From positions 186,001 to 250,000 of the forward strand of contig BAAIJX010000025.1 of NCBI GenBank assembly GCA_054600435.1: a DNA stretch of 64,000 nt, given 5' to 3'. The DNA is from Neophaeotheca triangularis. Its lineage: Eukaryota. The notes beneath the pieces were generated by a model. It saw only the letters and a program-made list of their open reading frames with translations. It was not told where the DNA came from and did not search any database. Position 1 is the first letter of the stretch. Every line of letters starts with the position of its first letter. Positions 54,861 through 64,000 of this stretch are shown one piece after another. The position numbers were made by a program, and so were the translations under genes.

Positions 54861-57800
54861 ATGTCAGAAGTCGACGCTAGGCTTCCGCCTTCGCGCGGCC
54901 GAAGCTCAGCCAGAGGAGGCAGAGCAAGCTACGGTAGAGGTGGTCCCCGTGGCGGCAGGAAACCCGCCAATGGCACAACCAACGACTCGCTGGAATCCGA
55001 GGAGTCGCTGGAAGAGCAGGGCGAGCTTGGCGAGATGAAGAAGAAGTACGCCTTGGAGCTGCCCATGCTCAAGGATATGTTCCCAGACTGGACCGATGTC
55101 GACCTCGTCTTCGCATTGCAAGAGTCGGATGGCGACATTCCCAGCACAGTTGACAAAATCACTCAAGGTATGTGCTACTGTTGACAACCCTCCCAGTGCA
55201 CTTGAAACAGAATCCGTGCGCGCATCAGAGTAATTAAGCTAACTTCGTCATCTATAGGTAACGTCTCGCAATTTGCAGAGGTCAAGAAGAACACCAAGGA
55301 CAGGGCTCGCTCCAAAGCCAATGAGGACAGGACTGCTGCAGCTCCTACAGACAAGCCAGCTTTTGCTACTCGTGGAGGCCGTGGCCGGGGCGGCTTCGAT
55401 GGTACTCGTGGCGGCGTTCGTGGTCGAGGTACCGACCGCGGCAGAGGTGGGTTCAGGGGTGGAAGAGGCGGACATGCGACTGCCAATGGCGCTGCGACCC
55501 AGGCCGAACCTGCTTCAATTCCAACCACCGAGTCCAACGCGTGGGAGACTGCTGCCAATACCCAGCCCGTGGAGGCTTCTTGGGACACGTCAGCAACCGA
55601 GGCGCCAAAGGCTTCTGCCGATGCAGGCGAAAGTGCATGGGGTAACGTAGTCACATCCGAGTCTACCCCGGCCGCTGCGTCTGAGGGCATGAAGAGCAGT
55701 CTGATACCAGAGGGTGCCCCAAAGAAGAGCTGGGCGAGCATGTTTGCGCAGCCAAAGCCAGCCCCAGTCGCGAAGAAGGCACCCGTGTCGCAACAACCTC
55801 CTACAGAGCTTGTCGCCTCTGGCGAAGTCCCTGCTCAACCTGAAACGTCCAAGCAAGATGATACTGCGGCGAAAGAACCCGAACCACTCCCGCCGCCTCA
55901 ACCCACTACGACGGAGCCTGAGGCCCCCCCTGCCGAACAGAAGCCCGCTGAAGTCCTAGAGACAAAGGCTGAGGGCGCCAGCCTTGCACCCGTACCTTCC
56001 AAGGATCCGCTGACCGAGGAAAACGTCGAACATCTTCCCGACGACACAGAGAACCGCCCACCGGGAACACAGACAGCAGCTAGCACCATCGGCTCCACAG
56101 ACCCCCGCAACCTCACACCCATGCCTGGACAACAGGCACCGATTGGAAGGCCGCCTATGGGTGGCTATGCCGCCACCGCCTATCGCGCCGCTGGCGTCCC
56201 AGGCAGGAACGCAAGCTACCAAAGGCGAGTCCAGGAGCAACAGGAAGCCGTCGTCATGCCGAATCATAGTGCTGTGGACAAGGCCGCAGTGCAGTTCGGT
56301 AGCATGGGTCTCAATGGAGAACCGGGCCCCGACGTCGATGAGGAGAGGGAAGAACCAGAGACGCGTCAGCCCCCTCAAACCTCCCCACCGTCCCAGCCCA
56401 AGGCATCACTCCCACCCGCGCCAACTCAGATGCCAGCATCGCACGAAATGGGCATGCCAGAGGCCACCCCCAAACAGGCTCCTGGTCTTCCCCCGGCCTC
56501 GCAGCAAAACCAACAACAACAGCTGCAAGATCTTTCTAACGTTTCTGGACATGCCCAGAACATGCCGCAAGAACAGACACAGGCATCACCGATGTATGCC
56601 CAGTATGGTCGCTACGGTCAGTCCGGTATGCCTCAGGATGCGGTTGCGCCTCAACAAAAGCACCAATACGATGCATTCAGCCACCAGGGTCAGCCGGGCC
56701 AGTACGAGCAGCAATACGGCATGCACTCTCACCAAATCCCACAACAGCAGCAGCAGGCTCATTCTGGCTTCGGAGGAATGTCTTCCGCGCCAGGCGACTA
56801 CTCTCAATACTACACCTCGGATGCGCAGCGCAGCGCCTATCAGCAATACTACGGAGCGTATGGTCAGCAAGACCAGCGTGCTCAGCAGCAGCAGGATACG
56901 GGCATGGCCCAGCAACGTGCGGCCAGCGGCTTCGGTGCCCCTGGCAGCGAGTCTGCGTTTTCTTCGCAAGCACAGTCACAGGTCGGTAAAACCTTTTCTT
57001 TTCAGCAACTCACCCATTGTTTCAACGCGCAGCAGAGGCAGCTACAGGGTAAAAAGATGCACGAGCCTTCTAAAGGGTCTCCAATGGCTCAAGCGAAAGT
57101 GCCGGAGCTTAGACTGCAAGCTCCCGAGCAGCTGTCTCTAACTCCTTCTAACGATTACACTCATATCAAATCGGCTGCTAGCGATGATTCGTTCACCCGG
57201 CAGCTGACCGAGGTCACGACAAACGCTCAGCCCACTTCTGTTTCTCCCAGCAGACATTATTACAAAAACATTTCTAACATACCTCAGCAGCAGATGCCTT
57301 CTCGCTATGGCGACGCTCCTGGCTCCGGACACAACACACCCCAGCCCCTTATGGCCGGCCAGCAGCATTCCTTGTCCTCGTCTCAACACCCGTCTCAACT
57401 CGGCATGCCACAAGGACAAGCCCACCAAGCTCAGCAGCAGCCTCAACAACAGCAGCAAGCGGCTTACGGTGCAGGTGCCAGTGGATACCCCCCCTACGGC
57501 CATCCCGCCTACCCTAGTCCGTACCAGCAAGCCTACCAGAACCAATTTGGCTACAGCCAAGCGCAGCAGCAACAGCAGATGGGTGGGTACGGTAGCGGCT
57601 ATTATGGCAAGGGTGGAATGTACGGCGCTCCTCAAGGCTACGGCATGAACAGCCACTCGGCGTTCGATCAACACTCCAGCTCCCCTGCGAATGCCGGCGC
57701 TTTCGGACACAACCAAACCGCAACTATGCGTAGCGCTAGCGGTATGGGCTCTGGCATCGGTGGCAGTGGTAGCGGCCTCGACGACTACGGTCGTACCTCT

Positions 57801-58286
57801 GCACAGCCAATGTCTTCGCACCAGAGCAGTGCTTTCGGCGTTGGAATGAATGACCCATTCGCTCGTTCAACCTCTGGCTTCGGAGCTCAAGCGGGTGGGT
57901 ACGGCCAGCAGCAGAGTATGACCACTGCCACGTCCATGGGCACCCAGGAGGACCCTTTGAAGCCCTTCGCCGACGCTAACAAGGGCGGCCCGTCTCCAGC
58001 TCTCGGCCAGCCAGGCCGCCCTGGCTCTACTGCTAACAGCGGCATCGGCGGACAGCCTCCTCAGACCCAGCAACCAGGCGGTTTCGGCGGCTACGGCGGT
58101 TTTCCCTCACAGGGCTCTCAGTACGGGGGACTCGGCGGACTAGGTGGTCACCAACAGGGCCAACAGGCCGGCATGGGCGGTGCCCAAGGGGGTTACGGAG
58201 GTTACGGCGCTGGCGGTTTCGGACAGCACTACGGCGGATACTCTTCTCGTGGCGGCGGCTGGGGTGCATCTTACGGCACACACTAG
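54861..58286 (+). CDS. DEF1: RNA polymerase II degradation factor Def1-like (CUE domain plus Q/G/Y-rich tail); exons 54861-55167, 55258-56981, about 57288-58286
   Basis: CUE-like LKDMFPDWTDVDLVFALQESDGD, a 90-nt intron restoring TQGNVSQFAEVKK, RGG boxes, KKSWASMFA, QQEAVVMP..VQFGSMGL and a prion-like C-terminus. Confidence 0.85.
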
Positions 58287-58963
58287 GCCGAGCGAAAATG
58301 AGAAGAAGCAAAATGATGGTCCCCTCTCTGTTATCCTCGAACAGGAGGCAAAACCACTCTGTACTATGAATCTCATCTCCTTTTTGGCGCTTCACGGTCG
58401 CGAAATGTGGAAAGGGCTTGCATGAGGGGCATGGGTAATTGCTTGCTTGCTTCGACTGCGAGTCGATATAACAGTGTGCTACTACTATATAGTGAGGCGA
58501 AATGCAACGGCGTGTGTCGCTCCACGTGCTGGATTTGTTCTACTCCAGAATGTGATTGTTCATGTGCCTCTCTCGATCTGACTTTGATGCGTGTTTGCCA
58601 CAGGTGTTTTTGGCGAAGCATGGAGGAGCTTGTATATCTGAGTTGGATAATCACCGCGCTCGATAACCAACCTCTAAATGTTCTCGCCGCAAAGGGATTA
58701 ATCAATTAGTCCGCATCGACTATTTTCCACTCGAATCGTGCATTGTGGAAGAAACGACCAGTGACTTGCGATGCACACGACCCTTCTGCCGTCTTCTCGC
58801 AGACCAAGAAATTCGATCATATTACATACAAAACGATGTAGCTACCAGCTCCCTTCCCTCTTGAGGCCTTCGCTACGCCAAACGCCACGCTCCTTCAAGC
58901 CGGTATCGCTCCGCAGACACCATCGATCCATTAACGCAGCAAACCCACCAATTCTTCGACCAC

Positions 58964-59817
<854 letters not shown>

Positions 59818-60174
59818 TTAACGAGCGACAAGGGGTCGGAGCATCAGATACGGACGGCTTTGGCTCGTGAAGCTTGGAGGTTGAAGCTCGAGCTGAGGTG
59901 AAGCCAGCTGTGTCTTGGCATTCAATGAACAGCTAGCTTCCAGCTTTCATGTCACGTGGAGCATGCTGTAGGACCGACAATTTTAATTCTATATCCGGAG
60001 GTGAATCAGGGCTGTGTAATCGGATAGTGAGAGCTGAGGATTTCTGCATTGTAAACATAAACATTTGGAGCGGGGAGAACGCCTGTCTAAAACCCGCCGT
60101 ACAGATACCCTGCTGATCAGCTCATATCGTTCCCTAGTCTCCTGAACACCTTGCAAGTCGCGGCTTTTCCCATA

Positions 60175-61182
60175 TCACAAATGCGGAGAGATACCCAACA
60201 GATGGCCCTTCATGAACGAAGCAAAACTCCCTTCCACGCTAGCCGAGAAGCGTATGTAGCTTGCCATGGCCATGCTATTCGTAGCCGGAGGGCAGTGCTC
60301 AATGACCGCTTTGATCTCCAATTCGCTCAAACCACGCAAAGCCAGAAGGTCACGAATCCATTCCATGCCTTCCATCTCTTTGAGCAGCCGGAAATCGGTA
60401 GCGGAATATGTCGCGATGCGATCCCAACCATTGACACTAGGCCGGCCTGCTACGACCCCGAGCTCGAGCTTTCGCAGGCTTAGCATTGACTCCGGAGAAG
60501 CAACATACTGCAGCGCAGTCGCCCACTCGCATCGATCAAACTCCTTCTCGTAAGCCAGCGCGCGCTTGACCACCCGGATATTCCTTATACAACTACGCGC
60601 GTACGGTGTCAGATCGGAAAGAAAGGGCACGATAGCCTCGACGTGGCTGTCGAAATCGAAAGTGTAGGAGCCGTAGAGGTGTTCAGCGGCCTCGGCATGA
60701 ATTTGCTTGTTCGCACCCAGAATCGCAGCGCCGCCGCCTTTCATAGGCATATTGATACAGTGGTAGGTGGTTGCCATGGTCCTGGCGCGGAAACGATCGC
60801 ATCGCACGCTGTAGCTCGATCTGCTGTGGGTCGGATCGTCTGCCTTGCGAACGCCGAAGCATCCTGCTGCTATGCGACTTCCATAGCGCAAAGGGTCGAC
60901 GGTACGAATCCGTATTGTTGGATGTGCGAGGTCTGTGGTGAGTGCAAGATCGGTGCCGGGCTGCTTTTGGCTGTAATCGAAGTGGTCTGGTACGCTCGAG
61001 TGGTGCTTCTCGTACACAGGTAGGAGATCGTTGGGATTTTGGGGTAGGACGAGGAGGGAGTAGATCTGTAGACGGATCTCTGCTGGAAGATTGAGGAAGT
61101 GGCAGGGTCCTGTCTGGCTGAATTGATCAAGCGAGGGTGTCGCATACATGGTAGGCGGTGCCGCCGTCAGGGGGAGGAACAT
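60175..61182 (-). CDS. Fungal hypothetical protein with F-box-like N-terminal motif
   Basis: CHFLNLPAEIRLQIYSLLV, ILGANKQIHAEAAEHLYGSYTFDF and LRKLELGVVAGRP. The start could alternatively be 61149. Confidence 0.7.
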   Translation of the reverse strand: MFLPLTAAPPTMYATPSLDQFSQTGPCHFLNLPAEIRLQIYSLLVLPQNPNDLLPVYEKHHSSVPDHFDYSQKQPGTDLALTTDLAHPTIRIRTVDPLRYGSRIAAGCFGVRKADDPTHSRSSYSVRCDRFRARTMATTYHCINMPMKGGGAAILGANKQIHAEAAEHLYGSYTFDFDSHVEAIVPFLSDLTPYARSCIRNIRVVKRALAYEKEFDRCEWATALQYVASPESMLSLRKLELGVVAGRPSVNGWDRIATYSATDFRLLKEMEGMEWIRDLLALRGLSELEIKAVIEHCPPATNSMAMASYIRFSASVEGSFASFMKGHLLGISPHL

Positions 61183-61869
61183 GGCTGGATATCAGTGCTG
61201 ATAGACAATGTGATGCTTACGGGACGTTGCGAAGAGCTTCGCAGAGGAAAAATAGATCAGCAGAACGAAGTGGCCAGCAAAGAAAAAGAATGAGAGAACA
61301 GGGATACCTTGGTGGAAGTAGCTAGAGGTACCTCAGAGAGACCTATCGGTCCTCGCATGTAGCGTAGCATTCCTTAGAAAAAAGTCGAGGATTTTCTCGC
61401 GTCTGATGATACGCGTGACTGTCGTGTGACTAGACATGATTGACGGCAGCAAGCCATTATTATCCATTGAATTGGATAATTGCACCAAGTCGAGCTGTGT
61501 GAACGCAAGCTTGGAAAGACAAAAGTTCGGAGTCGGTACCAACTCGGCGCATCTGGACGGAGCTGATAACAGACGAGAACCTTATCGGCGAGGAAGTATC
61601 CGTGTCGCTTGTCTTGGCATCATCGCCCGACGACATTCCATTCCGTCCCTTCTGAATGCTAATAAAAGGCTAAAAGGAGTGAGATATTTCGAATAATATC
61701 GAATAATACCAATGTTAACTCTTCCCGACCATTGGAAGCCATACGAGGTCAAACGTCCATCGTCAAGCTTGGCGGAGAAAGCACTCGTTGAAGCCAACAA
61801 TGGAAGATGTAACTACTTACCACGAGATGCAACCTAAGTAGGTCCCCTTCACGCTGGAAATACCCAACA

Positions 61870-63089
61870 ATGATCGCCGACGATGGGATAGCACGAGTTA
61901 CTACTGATCACTGCCGTTGGTCTCCCAGGGTTGTCCATCTCTTCCAATCCGCCAAAGAAGAGGGTAGGCCTTTGTACAGTAGGTGCATTTTCGCGCAGTC
62001 TTTCTTCTCAGCCCTTCTAATCAGCATTCTTCCGACTAGTCTGCGCTCCTATGGTTCGGTAAGCGTCGTTTCTTGATAGATGAATGGCCTGCTTGTTCAA
62101 TCTCTGACCGTCGACAAGCTATTCCAAATTGCCTCTTCGGAATCTGGTCCGCTCCTACGCCTGCGATGTGACCTACACCCCAATGATCTTGGCACATGAA
62201 TTCATTCGGTCCAACTACGCTCGGGATTCGGACTTCAGCACAATCGATCTCGAGGTCTCCGAAAGCCATGCTCTCATTGTTCAATTCGCTTCGTCCGACC
62301 CAGTCGAGTTTGGACGGGCGGCCGAGCTGATTGCGCCATGGGTTGATGGCGTAGACCTCAATTGCGGCTGCCCTCAGAGCTGGGCAATAAAAGAAGGCAT
62401 CGGGTGTTCATTGATGGAGCAGCCAGAGAAGGTAGCAGAAACCCTTCGCGAAGCGCGAAGGAGAATGGGAAAGGGGAAGAGTGTTAGCTGCAAGATACGC
62501 TTGCACAAAGACCTTCAGTACGTCCTTGGTCAAGTCGGCCGTCTCTGTCCTCGATAGGGTGCAGCACTGATAATTACTCAGACAAACCATCGCATTCATC
62601 AACACTCTCCTAGCCTCCACGGACGGCCGACCAGACTTCATCACGATCCACAGCCGCACGCGCTCACAACGCTCCAGCACAGCACCCGATCACGACTCCC
62701 TCGGCGCCTTAATCAAGCACTTCCCTCAAATACCCATTGTAGCAAACGGCTCACCATCACCCAACGGCACTCTAACCATTTCCGACGTACGAGCAGTCCA
62801 CAAGCAGACGGGCTGCGCTGGCGTCATGGCCGCTCGCGCCACTCTCCTGAACCCCGCCCTGTTCGCGGGCTTCGACACGACACCCGTGGAATGTATCCAG
62901 AGGTTCCTGCGAGAGGCTGTGAGCTGTCCGATCCCGTTTTCGTTGGTATTGCATCATGTCGGCGAAATGTCTGCGCACATGGCACGGGGTGAGGGGATAA
63001 GTAAGGAGGCGAGGAAGCAGCTGATGGATTGTCGGGACTTGGTTGACCTGATTGATTTTGTCGAGGAAAGGTGGGGCCTGGGAGAGTGA
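61870..63089 (+). CDS. tRNA-dihydrouridine synthase (Dus4-like); exons 61870-61978, 62040-62058, 62119-62517, 62582-63089
   Basis: Spliced product: GRPLYICAPMVRYSKLPLR..YTPMILAHEF..LIVQF..GVDLNCGCPQSWAIKEGIG..SCKIRL..DFITIHSRTR..GVMAAR..NPALF. The start codon is uncertain. Confidence 0.85.
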
Positions 63090-63365
63090 AGTCTGGCATT
63101 CACCTTGGGTTGTTGTGATGAACACCTGTGCTGGAAGTGATGGCAACACAACACTTGAGCAGGGAAGGATGGCCAACACACTCTCCTGCCCATGCCAGGG
63201 AGATTTGCAAACCTCCCGAGAGACCCGACAAACTCACTCTGCACCGCTCACCGCGCCAAAGCCACCAACCTCAGACGCAACCCCACCAAACACCCCATCC
63301 ACCCACACACCATAAAACAAAACGCCTTCAGACCAAAAACCCCCAACCACCAACAACCACAACCC

Positions 63366-63662
63366 ATGAGTTCCCCAGCCCTCCTACTCATCACCTTCCA
63401 AACCCTCGAACTCCTAACCCTCCATCTCCTCATCCTCGGCATAAGCCTACACACCACCTCCCGCCTCTTCCGCGCCACGGTCCGTATCCGCCACCCTCGC
63501 TTTCGAATCACACTGGTAGTTTGCAAACCCACGCGGCGCTCTACGCTGCGGGCGTTGATGTGGTGGGGGCTTTGGATGGGGGTTTGGGGGTTTTGTTTTA
63601 CTGAGTGGGTTAGAGAGGTTGCGGCCGGGGGGGGGGAGAGGGGAAAGGCGGGAGCTGGGTGA
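63366..63662 (+). CDS. Possible small 2-TM orphan protein (98 aa)
   Basis: ATG ORF with two hydrophobic stretches and the same C-rich to G-rich skew seen in real genes here. No recognisable family. Confidence 0.3.
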   Translation: MSSPALLLITFQTLELLTLHLLILGISLHTTSRLFRATVRIRHPRFRITLVVCKPTRRSTLRALMWWGLWMGVWGFCFTEWVREVAAGGGERGKAGAG

Positions 63663-64000
63663 ATGGAGGGGGTGCGGGAGATGGGGGAGGAGCGCTGGCC
63701 GTGAGGAGCTGTGTGGAGGAGGGTTGGGGATTTGCTTTGAGATGGGGCGGTTGGATAGGGTTGATGATGATGGGTGGCCATTGATTTTGGATTGGGCTTG
63801 GGTATCTTTACTCTACACTACTCGTCATCGCTGTCGTCAAGAATGAAGCCTGCCCTGACGTTTCTCCTCGACGGGGCTGATTTTGCGGTTGTTCCTTCTC
63901 CATCGCTCGCATCCCTGCTTGCTGCGTCACCACCCGCTGCGTTTCCTGAAACTTCCCTTAAAGGTGAAGAGCCCCTGGCAAGGTTGGCAGCGATTCTGTG

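Overview
Gene-dense, GC-rich eukaryotic DNA from a filamentous ascomycete. Protein style suggests a Dothideomycete (inference only). Introns are short GT..CTRAY..AG spliceosomal introns. About 29 protein-coding genes were found, mostly housekeeping: TBC Rab-GAP (partial), seipin, OMS1, a peroxisomal amino-acid oxidase, GDS1-like, ERG6, SLT11, ZUO1, MZM1, a USP protein, GPR89-like, NIP1/eIF3c, TBP, ETF-QO, an SR splicing factor, a cut-1/cutA HAD phosphatase paired with gldB, DEF1, DPM1 and a DUS4-like gene. There are also several F-box-like orphans and one probable F-box pseudogene. No CRISPR array, tRNA, rRNA or intact transposon was recognised. Highlights: (1) a stand-alone secreted Kex2-type repeat precursor (11001-12929) predicted to release about a dozen very acidic peptides in two families, one ending in EHxEHE; (2) two paralogous box C/D snoRNA candidates with a 14-nt LSU-rRNA antisense element (U21/SNORD21-like), each inside its own intron downstream of a stop codon (30398-30915); (3) a 6-nt microexon and stop-free introns in the SR gene and a 306-nt stop-free intron in DEF1; (4) the divergent cutA-gldB glycerol/osmostress pair. 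All calls were made by eye without database searches.
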